Numbered from the stretch's first letter, positions 1-10,379 are shown. The stretch is DNA of 56,296 bases from Pseudomonadota bacterium (GCA_963204715.1 CAUJHK010000068.1:1-56296), one strand, 5' to 3'. The notes: generated by a model from the letters alone, not told the origin. Numbers and translations: made by a program.

Positions 1-489
1 GCCTATTTATCCCATTACGTGCCCAAAACCCTATCCGTGGTCGGGTTGTTTGTGAACCCCAGCGATGACGACATTACACAAGTTCTGGAAAACGTACGCC
101 TTGATATGATTCAACTCTCTGGCAATGAGCCCGTCGACCGCGTCCAGCGCATTGCCCAAACTTTTAAAAAGCCCATTATAAAATCTTTTTCCATTCAAAC
201 CCCCGAAGACCTTCACCATGTCACCGCGTATGAGCCTTATATTGACTGGTTATTGCTGGATTCATCCCAAGGCGGCAGTGGCGAGGTTTTTGATTGGAGC
301 TTGCTTAAAAACGCTTCCTTTTCCAAGCCATGGATGTTGGCGGGTGGCTTAAATGACCAGAATGTGGGGGATGCCATCACACGCCTGTCCCCCGATGCAG
401 TGGACGTGTCCAGCGGGGTGGAAAGCGTGCGTGGTGTGAAAGATGTTGCCATGATAAAAAGCTTTATAGAGCGCGTTAAAAACGCGTGA
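1..489 (+). CDS. trpF: phosphoribosylanthranilate isomerase TrpF (5' end cut by the window edge)
   Basis: The frame is open from nt 1. The C-terminal ~160 aa (VVGLFVN..LLLDS..GGSG..FDW..LAGGL..VDVSSGVE) match TrpF motifs. It lies directly upstream of trpB. Confidence 0.85.
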   Translation, partial: AYLSHYVPKTLSVVGLFVNPSDDDITQVLENVRLDMIQLSGNEPVDRVQRIAQTFKKPIIKSFSIQTPEDLHHVTAYEPYIDWLLLDSSQGGSGEVFDWSLLKNASFSKPWMLAGGLNDQNVGDAITRLSPDAVDVSSGVESVRGVKDVAMIKSFIERVKNA

Positions 490-522
490 CAGCACAGCTC
501 CCTTGCCGCTAAAACCATAGGC

Positions 523-1737
523 ATGAAAACAAACACAAACTCCTATCGTTCTGGCCCCGATGAAAACGGGCATTTTGGCGCCTATGGCGGCCGCTATGTC
601 GCCGAAACCCTTATGCCCCTTATTCTGGACGTGGAAAAAGCATGGCATGCGGCGCGGGACGACGACGCTTTCTGGAAAGAGTTTCATGCTCTGGCCGCTG
701 ATTTTATAGGCCGCCCATCCCCGCTTTACTACGCCAAAAAGACGACAGAACATTTAGGCGGCGCAAAAGTCTATTTTAAACGGGACGAGCTAAACCACAC
801 AGGCGCGCACAAAATCAACCACTGCCTTGGGCAAATTCTGGTTGCCCGCCGTATGGGCAAAACCCGCATCATTGCAGAGACAGGCGCAGGCCAGCACGGC
901 GTGGCCACAGCCACCGTTTGCGCGCTGTTTGACCTTCCTTGTACCGTCTTTATGGGCGCAGAAGATGTCGAACGGCAAAAACCCAACGTATTCCGCATGA
1001 AATTGCTGGGCGCGGAAGTGATTCCCGTCACATCAGGATCATCCACCTTAAAGGATGCGATGAATGAAGCTTTGCGCTATTGGGTGGCCAATGTGCACGA
1101 CACCTACTACCTGATAGGCACCGTGGCAGGCCCGCACCCCTATCCTGAAATGGTGCGCGATTTCCAGTCTGTTATCGGGAATGAGCTGCGTGAACAGATG
1201 CGGCAAAAAGAAGGCCGCCTGCCAGATTCCCTTGTTGCCTGTATTGGCGGGGGGTCTAACGCCATGGGGCTGTTTCACCCGTTTTTGGATGATAGTGGCG
1301 TAAAAATGTATGGCGTGGAGGCTGGTGGCCATGGTGTGATGACCAACAAACACGCGGCCAGCCTGTCAGGTGGCAAACCCGGTGTGCTGCACGGGATGAA
1401 ATCCTACTTTTTGCAAAATGATGATGGGCAGATTACCGAAGCGCACTCTATTTCCGCAGGGTTGGACTACCCTGGTATCGGCCCCGAACATGCATGGCTT
1501 TATGATGAAAAACGGGTGGAGTATGTATCCGTGACTGATGATGAGGCTTTGGAAGCTTTCAAGCTTATGGCCAAGCTGGAAGGAATTATCCCCGCACTAG
1601 AGCCATCACACGCCTTTGCGCACGTTATAAAAACAGCCCCCTCTTTACCCAAAGACCATATCATGGTGATGAATTTGTGCGGGCGCGGGGATAAGGACAT
1701 CTTTACCGTTGCGGAGAAGTTAAATGTCACAATCTGA
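523..1737 (+). CDS. trpB: tryptophan synthase beta chain
   Basis: 404 aa with the [11 protein letters not shown]-lysine motif and GGGSNAMG. Full-length TrpB-like. Confidence 0.97.
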   Translation: MKTNTNSYRSGPDENGHFGAYGGRYVAETLMPLILDVEKAWHAARDDDAFWKEFHALAADFIGRPSPLYYAKKTTEHLGGAKVYFKRDELNHTGAHKINHCLGQILVARRMGKTRIIAETGAGQHGVATATVCALFDLPCTVFMGAEDVERQKPNVFRMKLLGAEVIPVTSGSSTLKDAMNEALRYWVANVHDTYYLIGTVAGPHPYPEMVRDFQSVIGNELREQMRQKEGRLPDSLVACIGGGSNAMGLFHPFLDDSGVKMYGVEAGGHGVMTNKHAASLSGGKPGVLHGMKSYFLQNDDGQITEAHSISAGLDYPGIGPEHAWLYDEKRVEYVSVTDDEALEAFKLMAKLEGIIPALEPSHAFAHVIKTAPSLPKDHIMVMNLCGRGDKDIFTVAEKLNVTI

Positions 1738-2221
1738 TGCAACAAAGAAAACAGCCAATATAGAGGCGCAAGCCATCGACGGATTTCATGTTGTGGGCAT
1801 ATCGGCCATGACCTGTAACAAAAATGGCCAAGCCGCCGAAGACATCAATGCCCTGTGGCAGCGGTTTTATGAGAAGGATATGCTGCACAAAATTGAAGAC
1901 CGTGCCGAGAATGTTATTTACGCCGTCTATTCGGATTATGAGGGCGATCACACAAAGCCATTTCGTGTGACCATCGGCTGTAAAACCAGGGGCGCGGCCA
2001 ATGACCTGCCCCACGGGCTACACAAAATTCATGTTCCATCAGCCCATTACGCCATGTTTGCGGCGCGCGGGGAACAGCCAAAGGCGTTGTTAAAAACATG
2101 GGAAGGCGTTTGGAAAAGCAACCTGCCCCGCACCTATGTGGCGGATTTGGAAATTTATGGCCCCCGATTTTTTGAAGAAGGGCTGCACGAAATTTTGGTC
2201 TGCGTTGGGGTGAAGATATGA
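1724..2221 (+). CDS. GyrI-like (SbmC/AraC effector-binding fold) small-molecule-binding protein
   Basis: 165 aa. The pattern GF.VVGIS...W..F....I......YAVY.DYE......IG......H.I..P...YA.F...G matches the GyrI-like domain. Its start overlaps the trpB stop and its stop overlaps the trpA start (ATGA). Confidence 0.7.
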   Translation: MSQSDATKKTANIEAQAIDGFHVVGISAMTCNKNGQAAEDINALWQRFYEKDMLHKIEDRAENVIYAVYSDYEGDHTKPFRVTIGCKTRGAANDLPHGLHKIHVPSAHYAMFAARGEQPKALLKTWEGVWKSNLPRTYVADLEIYGPRFFEEGLHEILVCVGVKI

Positions 2222-3015
2222 ACCGTATTGATACCTGTTTTAGCGCGCTGAAGGCAGCGGGCAAAAAGGCGCTCGTCACATTCACCATGGCGGGCGATCC
2301 CGATGAAAAAACATCGCTTGAAATCTTGCATACGCTTGCCCAAAAGGCCGATATTTTAGAAATTGGCATGCCGTTCACAGACCCTATGGCCGATGGCCCT
2401 GTCATTCAGGCGGCTGGGCTGCGGGCACTGGCAGGTGGCACAACCCTCAAATCCACCCTTTTTATTGTGCAGCAATTTCGCAGCAAAAATAAGGATACCC
2501 CCATTGTGTTGATGGGGTACTTCAACCCTGTTTTGCAGTATGGTGTAGATAAATTTATTAATGATTGCAAGGAATTAGGCGTTGATGGTCTTATCATTGT
2601 TGACATTCCGCCAGAAGAAGCGGGCGAAATTGCCCCCAAAGCGCAGCAAAATAACATCGCTTTTATCCGTCTTTTGACGCCAACAGCCGACCAGTCCAGA
2701 CTGGACAAGATATTGGGTGTGGCCTCAGGATTTTTATATTATGTGTCCGTGGCGGGCATCACGGGGACAGCCAGTGCAGACCCAAAGGTGGTTGGTGCCC
2801 ACATTGCCAGCATCAAAAAACAAACCAGCCTGCCAGTTGTTGCAGGTTTTGGCATTAAAACCCCGCAAGATGCAAAAGCCATGGCGGCCGTGGCGGACGG
2901 GATTGTTGTCGGCTCTGCCCTTGTGCAGACCATTGAAAGCGCGGGCGAAAAGCATACGCTGGCCAAGGACTTGGAAGAGCAGGCGGCCGCACTTTTGGAG
3001 GCCATACGCGCTTAA
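2218..3015 (+). CDS. trpA: tryptophan synthase alpha chain
   Basis: 265 aa with EIGMPFTDPMADGPVIQ and YYVS..GITG motifs. Confidence 0.95.
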   Translation: MNRIDTCFSALKAAGKKALVTFTMAGDPDEKTSLEILHTLAQKADILEIGMPFTDPMADGPVIQAAGLRALAGGTTLKSTLFIVQQFRSKNKDTPIVLMGYFNPVLQYGVDKFINDCKELGVDGLIIVDIPPEEAGEIAPKAQQNNIAFIRLLTPTADQSRLDKILGVASGFLYYVSVAGITGTASADPKVVGAHIASIKKQTSLPVVAGFGIKTPQDAKAMAAVADGIVVGSALVQTIESAGEKHTLAKDLEEQAAALLEAIRA

Positions 3016-3130
3016 ACGCCTCTTTTGGACATTTAAATCCACATCTATTCGCTTGATGTAGTATTTTAAAAAACCCTTATAAAACAAATGGTTATTCTTT
3101 CCCTATCCAAACAGGTGTGTGCTAAATTCC

Positions 3131-3160
3131 TTGACTTTTTGTCCCGTGCGGAGCTATAAC
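3131..3160 (+). promoter_or_regulatory. candidate sigma70-type promoter for accD-folC
   Basis: TTGACT (3131-3136), an 18-nt spacer, then TATAAC (3155-3160), about 35 nt upstream of the accD ATG. Confidence 0.3.
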
Positions 3161-3194
3161 CCAAGGCTGTTTTGACCATAAAGGATTGTATCCC

Positions 3195-4241
3195 ATGAAC
3201 TGGCTGACCAATTTTATCCGTCCTCGCATTCGTTCTATCGTCGGGGACCAAAAGGATGTGCCCGACAATCTTTGGAAAAAGTGCGATTCTTGCGAGGGCA
3301 TGCTCTTCCATAAAGAGCTAAAAGCCAATTTGAACGTCTGCTACCATTGTGGCAACCACCTTGCGCTGGATGTCAAAGACCGCTTAGAGCTGATGTTTGA
3401 CGGTGGTCAGTATGACCGAATCCCCACCCCGCGTGTGCCGCACGACCCTTTGAAGTTTAAAGACAGCAAAAAATATGCAGACCGCTTGAAAGCTGCGCAA
3501 AGCAAAACGAAGGAGCTGGACGCCATACAAATTGCCAGCGGCCTGATTGGTGGCCAAAAGGCCGTGGTGGCCGCGTTTGATTTTGCCTTTATGGGCGGGT
3601 CTATGGGCACCGCCGTGGGCGAAAGCATTGTCAAAGCCGCGCAAACGGCCGTAGAAAAATCTGCCGCACTCATTGTTATTCCCTCTTCAGGCGGGGCACG
3701 GATGCAAGAAGGGGCGTTTTCCTTGATGCAAATGCCGCGCTCTATCATTGCGGTTGATATGGTGAAGGAAGAGGGCCTGCCCTATATCGTGCTTTTGACC
3801 AACCCAACAACGGGCGGCGTATCAGCCTCTTTCGCCATGGTGGGTGACGTACACCTTGCCGAACCTGGCGCGATGATTGGCTTTGCAGGCCGCCGCGTGA
3901 TTGAAGAAACGGTGCGCGAAACCTTACCCAAAGAGTTTCAGACCGCCGAATACCTGCTTGACCATGGCATGGTGGATATTGTTGTTAAACGCTCTGAGCT
4001 AAAAGCCACGCTGGCCAATTTGCTGGATCTTTTGATGCTGAAACAAAAATCATCCGCCCCTGGCTCTATCAAAGGCGGCATGGGCAAGATTATGTCCGTC
4101 GGCGTGGGCAAGGGCGACAAAGCTAGCGGCAAAGGCACTGTTGCCCTGCTCAAGAAAAAAGCCAGAGCCAAACTAACCTCTCAACCTGCCAATGCGGTTT
4201 TAGCCGATGTTGCCAAAACCAAAAAGTCAGCCAAGCAATAG
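3195..4241 (+). CDS. accD: acetyl-CoA carboxylase carboxyltransferase beta subunit
   Basis: N-terminus MNWLTNFIRP, a Zn-ribbon (CDSC..CYHC) and a carboxyltransferase core (FMGGSMG). ATG 3195 is preceded by AAGGA; the ORF track starts at TTG 3186. It carries a Lys-rich C-terminal extension. Confidence 0.93.
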   Translation: MNWLTNFIRPRIRSIVGDQKDVPDNLWKKCDSCEGMLFHKELKANLNVCYHCGNHLALDVKDRLELMFDGGQYDRIPTPRVPHDPLKFKDSKKYADRLKAAQSKTKELDAIQIASGLIGGQKAVVAAFDFAFMGGSMGTAVGESIVKAAQTAVEKSAALIVIPSSGGARMQEGAFSLMQMPRSIIAVDMVKEEGLPYIVLLTNPTTGGVSASFAMVGDVHLAEPGAMIGFAGRRVIEETVRETLPKEFQTAEYLLDHGMVDIVVKRSELKATLANLLDLLMLKQKSSAPGSIKGGMGKIMSVGVGKGDKASGKGTVALLKKKARAKLTSQPANAVLADVAKTKKSAKQ

Positions 4242-5607
4242 CAGCTTTCAAGCGCGGTTCACGGGTGCATCAGATGACCCGATTCTAGAGGCGCGTCTGA
4301 CAAGCCTTCTGGAAGGCATTTACTACCTACACCACAAGGAAATAGACCTTGGTTTAGACCGAACGTATCGTTTTTTGGAGCGTATCGGCAACCCGCATCT
4401 GCACCTTCCGCCCGTGGTTCACATTGCTGGAACAAACGGAAAAGGCTCAACAACCGCAACGCTTCGCGCACTGCTTGAAGCCTCGGGTCACAAAGTTCAT
4501 GTGTACACATCACCGCATCTGGTACACCCGACCGAGCGGATTCGGCTGGCTGGCGCACCCATCACATCCCAAGCCCTTTTGGACATTTTGAACGAGTGTA
4601 TCGAAATCAACAACGGTGACCCGATTACATTTTTTGAACTGTTCACCTGCGCCGCCCTTTTGGCGTTTCAACGAACCCCCGCTGACTTTGTTTTGCTGGA
4701 AACAGGCATGGGTGGACGGCTGGATACTACCAATGTGATATCAAAACCCGCTTGCACCATTATCACCAGCATCTCTTATGACCATCAGTCCTTTTTGGGA
4801 GATACTTTGGCCAAAATAGCCTTTGAGAAGGCGGGCATTATGAAGGCAGGCTGCCCATGCGTGATCGGCTATCAGTTTCACGAAGCCATTGAGGAGGGCG
4901 TGCTGGAGGTATTCCACAAAACATCCCAAGGCTTATCCACACAACCTCCGCTTCATATTTTTGGCGCGCAGTGGAGCAGTGAAGCGAATCCTGATGGTAT
5001 GGTGTTTCGCTACGAAGATGACTCTATTGCGCTCCCAAAGCCCTGTCTTCTTGGGACTCACCAGATTTGGAACGCTGGTGCAGCGCTGGAGGCATTTCGC
5101 CTCATTGCACCGACCCATTTTAAGCCCCAGATTTTATCCACTGCCCTTGGGAAAATTGACTGGCCCGCGCGCCTGCAGACTCTGGAAAAACATCCCTTTA
5201 AAGAACTTTTGCCTAAGGGTTGGGAGATATTTCTGGATGGTGGACATAATGACAGCGCGGGAGCTGTCCTAGCACAGCAAATGGACGAGTGGGTAAAAAC
5301 CAGCCCGCGCCCCCTTCATTTGATTGTCGGCATGATGGCACGAAAGGACGCGGGGGCTTTTTTAACGCCTTTGCTGCCATACGTACACTCCCTCACCTTA
5401 ACCGAGGTAGAAGGCGAAAAAGACAGCTTTGCCGTAGAGGATTTGGAAAAAATTGCCAACAGCGCCGGCTTCAAAACCATCCATACCGCCAAAAACATCG
5501 CAGCTGCCGTAAAAACCGTTGCTGACAGCGAGGATTTATCTATCCCGTCCCGCATTGTTATAGCGGGGTCTTTGTTTCTGGCGGGACAAGTTTTGGCCGC
5601 GGAATAG
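4207..5607 (+). CDS. folC: bifunctional folylpolyglutamate synthase / dihydrofolate synthase
   Basis: P-loop HIAGTNGKGST, Mur-ligase family layout, and the conserved accD-folC adjacency. Confidence 0.9.
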   Translation: MLPKPKSQPSNSSFQARFTGASDDPILEARLTSLLEGIYYLHHKEIDLGLDRTYRFLERIGNPHLHLPPVVHIAGTNGKGSTTATLRALLEASGHKVHVYTSPHLVHPTERIRLAGAPITSQALLDILNECIEINNGDPITFFELFTCAALLAFQRTPADFVLLETGMGGRLDTTNVISKPACTIITSISYDHQSFLGDTLAKIAFEKAGIMKAGCPCVIGYQFHEAIEEGVLEVFHKTSQGLSTQPPLHIFGAQWSSEANPDGMVFRYEDDSIALPKPCLLGTHQIWNAGAALEAFRLIAPTHFKPQILSTALGKIDWPARLQTLEKHPFKELLPKGWEIFLDGGHNDSAGAVLAQQMDEWVKTSPRPLHLIVGMMARKDAGAFLTPLLPYVHSLTLTEVEGEKDSFAVEDLEKIANSAGFKTIHTAKNIAAAVKTVADSEDLSIPSRIVIAGSLFLAGQVLAAE

Positions 5608-5698
5608 ACCCCTCGTCACCGAAAAACCTCATTTGCGCCTTGAACATGCCCCCATGCAAGGCTACATATGGATGGAATAACAAAATGATAGGACAGAC

Positions 5699-6400
5699 AT
5701 GGCCCACAACATTGCCCTTATTGATGATGACAAAAACATCCTCACCTCCGTTTCCATGGCACTGGAAGCCGAAGGCTTTAACGTCAAAACCTATAGCGAT
5801 GGCGAGGAAGGCTTAAAAGGCGTGACGACAACCCCGCCCGAGCTTTTGGTGCTGGATATAAAAATGCCAAGGATGGATGGCATGGAAGTGCTGTCCAAAC
5901 TGCGCGAACAATCCTCCTTGCCCGTAATTTTCCTGACATCCAAAGATGATGAGGTGGATGAGGTCATTGGCCTTCGGATGGGGGCGGATGACTATATCAC
6001 CAAGCCTTTTTCCCAGCGTTTGCTGATTGAGCGCATCCGCGCTTTGCTGCGCCGTCAGGATTTGATGAAACAAAAAGAAGACGGGCCAAAAGAAGCCGCC
6101 GAGCGCGTCCTTCGGGGACATCTGGAGCTTGATGATTCACGTCATCTGTGCACATGGAAGGGCAAGCCCGTCAATTTGACGGTGACAGAATATTTGCTGG
6201 TCAAAGCCCTTGCTCTGCGCCCTGGCCATGTTAAAAACCGTGACCAATTGATTGATATGGCCTATGGTGAGAATATCTATGTGGATGATAGAACCATTGA
6301 TTCCCACATCAAACGGGTGCGCAAGAAATTCAAACAGGTAGACGATGATTTCAACCATATCGAAACGCTGTATGGCATTGGCTACCGCTATAAAGAATAG
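5699..6400 (+). CDS. chvI: OmpR-family response regulator ChvI
   Basis: Close by-eye match to ChvI (ALIDDD.NILTSVS.ALEAEG..V.TY.DG; [11 protein letters not shown]; VIFLTSKD; [15 protein letters not shown]). Confidence 0.9.
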   Translation: MAHNIALIDDDKNILTSVSMALEAEGFNVKTYSDGEEGLKGVTTTPPELLVLDIKMPRMDGMEVLSKLREQSSLPVIFLTSKDDEVDEVIGLRMGADDYITKPFSQRLLIERIRALLRRQDLMKQKEDGPKEAAERVLRGHLELDDSRHLCTWKGKPVNLTVTEYLLVKALALRPGHVKNRDQLIDMAYGENIYVDDRTIDSHIKRVRKKFKQVDDDFNHIETLYGIGYRYKE

Positions 6401-8138
6401 CCGATTGCTGCACCCCTTCGTCACCTTCTGGCGAATTGTGCAACGGCGCAAAAGCCGCGAGAAACTGGAGTTTGACCCCAGCACCCCCCCAGACCAGATG
6501 AGTGGCCTGACCCTTCGCATTCTGGCCGTTAACATTATCGCGATCATGATTTTGGGCCTTGGGATTTTGTACCTTGGCCAATATACCGATTCCCTGATTG
6601 AAGGAGAGCTGGCGGGTCTGCGGTCTGAGGCGCAGCTTTTTTCAGGGGCCATTTCCGAAGGCGCTGTGCGCCCTGTCTTCCAGATTTCCCCCGTCCCTTT
6701 CGAAAGCCCGCAGGAAATTGAAGCCATAAAGCCAGAGCTGGCACGACGCATGGTGCGCCGCTTGGGCGAAATTGGCAAAAGCCGTATCAGGCTTTATGCG
6801 ATTGACGGCTCTGTCTTGTCAGATTCCCACCAGCTTTCAGGCTCAGGCACCAGCGTATCCGCCGATGTGGAGATGGAAAGCCTGTTGCCTGTTCCACCAA
6901 AGGTTACGTTCGACTCGCTTTTTACCCAGTCTGCCTCGCGCTTTCTTGACCTCATCCCCATGAAGACCCAGCTGATGGAGTTTCCGCGCTCCATGGTGAC
7001 AAATATTTACACATTTCCAGACACGCAGGCCGCTTTGTCAGGCAATGTGCAGGCCAGTGCGTGGAAGGACAAGGACAACCGCATCATTTTAACCGTCTCC
7101 GCCCCCATTCAAAAGGGAAACCAAGTGCTTGGCATTGTGCTTTTGCTGCGCGACGGGGCAGAGCTGGAAAAGGCCATAGCCGAAGTACGGGTTGATGTTT
7201 TCCGTGTGTTTTTGGGGGCGTTGGGGATTACGGTCATGCTGTCCATCTACCTGTCAGGGTTGATATCCCGCCCCTTACAAAGACTGGCTTATGCTGCAGA
7301 AGCCGTGCGTCAGGGCAAAGGGCGTTATGTCGAAATTCCTGACATGTCCCATCGCAATGATGAGATTGGGGATTTGTCCGTCGCGCTGCGTGATATGACC
7401 TATGCCCTTTTCACCCGCATGGACACCATTGAACGCTTTGCGGCCGATGTGGCGCATGAAATAAAAAACCCCCTTACATCCTTGCGCAGCGCCGTGGAAA
7501 CAGCCGCAAAAATCACCGACGAAGAAAAGCGCAAAAAACTGCTTAGCATTATCCAGCATGATGTACAAAGGCTCGACAGGCTTATCTCTGACATCTCCAG
7601 CGCATCGCGCCTTGATGCTGAATTATCCCGTGAAGAAATGGGCCGCGTGGATATTCACGCGCTGATGCACCGCCTGCGCGATGCCTACAAAAAGCCCCTC
7701 AAACGGCTTGAGGGAGAGGACCATGGGGACGATGATAAAATCATTCTGGACCTGGCCAGTGATGAGGCCTTTTATGCCAAAGGTAATCCTGAACGCCTGG
7801 AGCAGGTTTTTGGCAACCTTATCAGCAACGCCCTATCATTCTCCCCAGATGATGGCCGTGTGACCATCCGCGCATTCCAGCAAAATGACAAGGTTATGGT
7901 ACAGGTGGATGATGAAGGGCCAGGCATACCTGAAAACAAACTCCACACAGTGTTTGAACGCTTTTATACTGAACGCCCGCAGCATGAAGGATATGGCCAG
8001 CATTCAGGCCTTGGCCTGTCCATTTCCAAGCAGATTATTGATGCTCATGGCGGCCAGATTTGGGCGGAAAACTTAAGAAAGCATGATGGCAGCATAGCGG
8101 GTGCACGCTTTAATGTGGTTCTGGCAGGTGCAGCATGA
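6372..8138 (+). CDS. chvG: sensor histidine kinase ChvG/ExoS type
   Basis: TM-periplasmic-TM-HAMP layout, H-box [15 protein letters not shown], HATPase N/G boxes, immediately after chvI. The start is uncertain: ATG 6345, ATG 6372 and TTG 6405 are all in frame. Confidence 0.85.
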   Translation: MALATAIKNSRLLHPFVTFWRIVQRRKSREKLEFDPSTPPDQMSGLTLRILAVNIIAIMILGLGILYLGQYTDSLIEGELAGLRSEAQLFSGAISEGAVRPVFQISPVPFESPQEIEAIKPELARRMVRRLGEIGKSRIRLYAIDGSVLSDSHQLSGSGTSVSADVEMESLLPVPPKVTFDSLFTQSASRFLDLIPMKTQLMEFPRSMVTNIYTFPDTQAALSGNVQASAWKDKDNRIILTVSAPIQKGNQVLGIVLLLRDGAELEKAIAEVRVDVFRVFLGALGITVMLSIYLSGLISRPLQRLAYAAEAVRQGKGRYVEIPDMSHRNDEIGDLSVALRDMTYALFTRMDTIERFAADVAHEIKNPLTSLRSAVETAAKITDEEKRKKLLSIIQHDVQRLDRLISDISSASRLDAELSREEMGRVDIHALMHRLRDAYKKPLKRLEGEDHGDDDKIILDLASDEAFYAKGNPERLEQVFGNLISNALSFSPDDGRVTIRAFQQNDKVMVQVDDEGPGIPENKLHTVFERFYTERPQHEGYGQHSGLGLSISKQIIDAHGGQIWAENLRKHDGSIAGARFNVVLAGAA

Positions 8139-8992
8139 CAAGCCATGATACCGCGCAAAAAACACCTCCCGTTTTCGTCACAGGCTTGTCTGGTGCGGGA
8201 TTGTCCTCTGCTTTAAAAATTCTGGAAGATTTGGGATATGAAGTGTTCGACAACTTCCCTATCCCGCTGATTGACAGTTTGATGGAGGATGTAAATGCGG
8301 ACAAGCCCGTGGCTTTGGGGCTGGACACCCGCACAAGGGGGTTTAACCCTCAAGTCATTATACAAAAAGCGCAGCAATATACTGCACGGCTTTTGTTTAT
8401 CACCTGCGATGAAGCTATCTTGCAAAAACGCTTTACCGAAACACGCCGAAGGCATCCTTTGGCTGCCGACAGACCCGTGAGCGCGGGAATCAAGCGGGAA
8501 CTCGCCATGCTGCACCCCCTTAAAATGGCCGCAGACCCCGTCATAGACACAACCGACATTTCCATTCATGACCTTAAGAGGTTAATGGGCGGGCATTTTG
8601 AGCAAAGCACGCGCAACCATTTAACCCTGACAATCTTGTCTTTTGGCTTCAAGAACGGCCTGCCGCGCGAGGCCGACATAGTTATGGATGTGCGATTTTT
8701 GAAAAACCCGCACTGGGAAGAGGATATTCGCGCCAAAACGGGGCAGGACAAGACGGTGCAAGCATTTATAGCCAAAGATAAGTCCCTAAAACCCTTCATC
8801 GAGAATTTTAAGGTGCTGCTGGAGCCTTTGCTGGAACGATACAGGCTGGAGGGCAAAAGCTACCTGACCATCGCGATCGGCTGCACGGGAGGCAAGCACA
8901 GGTCTGTCTATGTGTCCGAAATGATGGGGGAATGGGCGAAGTCACTGAATATTTCAACGTCCGTTGAGCACAGGGACATGAACAGGGTTTAA
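8135..8992 (+). CDS. rapZ: RNase adapter / P-loop NTPase RapZ (YhbJ)
   Basis: Walker A GLSGAGLSSAL, a C-terminal IGCTGGKHRSV motif, 285 aa. ATGA overlap with the chvG stop. Confidence 0.9.
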   Translation: MTSHDTAQKTPPVFVTGLSGAGLSSALKILEDLGYEVFDNFPIPLIDSLMEDVNADKPVALGLDTRTRGFNPQVIIQKAQQYTARLLFITCDEAILQKRFTETRRRHPLAADRPVSAGIKRELAMLHPLKMAADPVIDTTDISIHDLKRLMGGHFEQSTRNHLTLTILSFGFKNGLPREADIVMDVRFLKNPHWEEDIRAKTGQDKTVQAFIAKDKSLKPFIENFKVLLEPLLERYRLEGKSYLTIAIGCTGGKHRSVYVSEMMGEWAKSLNISTSVEHRDMNRV

Positions 8993-9018
8993 TCTTTTTA
9001 TAAATTTACATAATATTA

Positions 9019-9047
9019 TTGACTTTTCTTTTCATATTCTATATTTT
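9019..9047 (+). promoter_or_regulatory. candidate promoter
   Basis: TTGACT (9019-9024), a 17-nt spacer, then TATTTT (9042-9047), upstream of ATG 9082. Confidence 0.3.
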
Positions 9048-9081
9048 CCCTGCAGGTTTTAACAAAAAGGGCTTAAGTATC

Positions 9082-10344
9082 ATGCGTAAAATTTCAACAT
9101 TACTGGGCGCGGCTGCAATTGGCGCTGTTACAACAACGGGAACAGGCGCGACAACCGTACAGCCCAGTTCTGGCCCGCTGGAATTTTTTGACCGCCTGAC
9201 ACACGAAACGATGCAAACACAAGGCAACTCACATCTAGGACAAATTCGCATTACGCCTGAAGCGAGCCACGCCGCAGGCGCGCCACAGGTTTATGCCGTG
9301 CGTGACGAAAACGACAACAAGCAATGTATCATCGGAAGCCATCTGGCGAAAAAATCTACCGCGTACTCGGCAGAGATTTTTGATACGATTGCACAATCTG
9401 GTAAACTTGATGCACTGAATAACGCCCAAGAGATCGATATTACCACGCTGACACGAAACGGTGCTTATGCATACCCCGCGAACACAACGCCAGAAGATGG
9501 TTTTTTCAGAGCCAACGCTGGCTTTGGTATTGATAAGGCGGTTGTTTTCGTTGATGGCAAAATGCTTGACCTAACAAACAGTGTTGAAAGCAGCCATTAC
9601 ACCACTAAGGCTCAAGGGGCTTTAAACGACACCATTCAGGCCGCTTATCTAGACGGAAAGTCCGTGACCTATGTTTATCTTTCAGACAACGGCCACACGG
9701 TTGTTGACACATTCAATATGGACAAGTCCGTTATTGCGACCTTTGACAAATGCCTTGAGACAATTGACGCCATCGCCATTCCACAAAACGATTATGTGAC
9801 GTTTGAATCCATTCCATACCCAAAAGCGACACCAGAAATCATTGCCCAGATTAAAGGCTCGCAATGTATCAGTGGCCTTAAGGACGAAGATGTTGTGGAT
9901 GTGCGCACAATTCAGTCCGTAACGGGGGCCATCCTCCCCTTTTCCTACAGCCTGATTTTAAAAAACGGGGATGAGGTTGTTTCAGACTTTTTCAAAAAGA
10001 CGGCCGATGGCAAAATGTATTTATCACAAAGCCTGACACAGTTTGCTGAACACAAAATATCGTCCTGCGCGGGCAACCTTCCTGTGGCCCAGCCGCCCCA
10101 GCTTTTGGCATCTCTTTTTCCATCCGTAACCAATTTTGCAACCGTAAGCTCGAATCCTTTGGGGCCCATTCTCACCACCACCCCTCCTTTGGGCGGTGGC
10201 GGCGGCGGTGGTGGCGGATGCAAAGATGATTGTGTCCCCGCGCCCGTTCCCCTACCTTTGGGTGGAGGTATGCTTTTGGGCGGACTTGGCATGCTTGGCG
10301 GAATCGTCCGACTTCGCAAGAAAGGCCCGTCACTGGATTTATAA
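9082..10344 (+). CDS. secreted protein of unknown function with poly-Gly tract and PEP-CTERM/VPLPA-CTERM-like C-terminal sorting tail
   Basis: The signal peptide MRKISTLLGAAAIGAV begins at ATG 9082; the ORF track start at 9019 adds an implausible extension. The C-terminus reads G9-CKDDC-VPAPVPLPLGGGMLLGGLGMLGGIVRLRKK, that is motif + short hydrophobic helix + basic cluster. Confidence 0.6.
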   Translation: MRKISTLLGAAAIGAVTTTGTGATTVQPSSGPLEFFDRLTHETMQTQGNSHLGQIRITPEASHAAGAPQVYAVRDENDNKQCIIGSHLAKKSTAYSAEIFDTIAQSGKLDALNNAQEIDITTLTRNGAYAYPANTTPEDGFFRANAGFGIDKAVVFVDGKMLDLTNSVESSHYTTKAQGALNDTIQAAYLDGKSVTYVYLSDNGHTVVDTFNMDKSVIATFDKCLETIDAIAIPQNDYVTFESIPYPKATPEIIAQIKGSQCISGLKDEDVVDVRTIQSVTGAILPFSYSLILKNGDEVVSDFFKKTADGKMYLSQSLTQFAEHKISSCAGNLPVAQPPQLLASLFPSVTNFATVSSNPLGPILTTTPPLGGGGGGGGGCKDDCVPAPVPLPLGGGMLLGGLGMLGGIVRLRKKGPSLDL

Positions 10345-10353
10345 AAATGCAAA

Positions 10354-10379
10354 AGCGGGCTTTAATGCCCGCTTTTTTG
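10354..10379 (+). terminator. rho-independent terminator
   Basis: AGCGGGC-tttaat-GCCCGCT hairpin followed by TTTTTT, 10 nt after the stop. Confidence 0.65.

Noticed and set aside
349-753. Many 60-230-aa ORFs antisense to, or frame-shifted within, well-supported genes. Examples: 349-753, 6137-6778, 16995-17690, 21937-22473, 29582-30271, 37238-37801, 43627-44136, 44669-45175, 45851-46327, 48904-49416, 51393-51956.
   Set aside because: Each lies entirely inside a gene with clear family motifs on the other strand or frame. Their translations are low-complexity or Arg/Ser/Cys-rich, as expected of shadow ORFs.
10193-10219. GGY triplet run (nine Gly codons) as a slippage-prone phase-variation tract or G-quadruplex.
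   Set aside because: The repeat is imperfect (ggc/ggt mixed), and any slippage would be in-frame, so there is no on/off switching. No evidence beyond composition.
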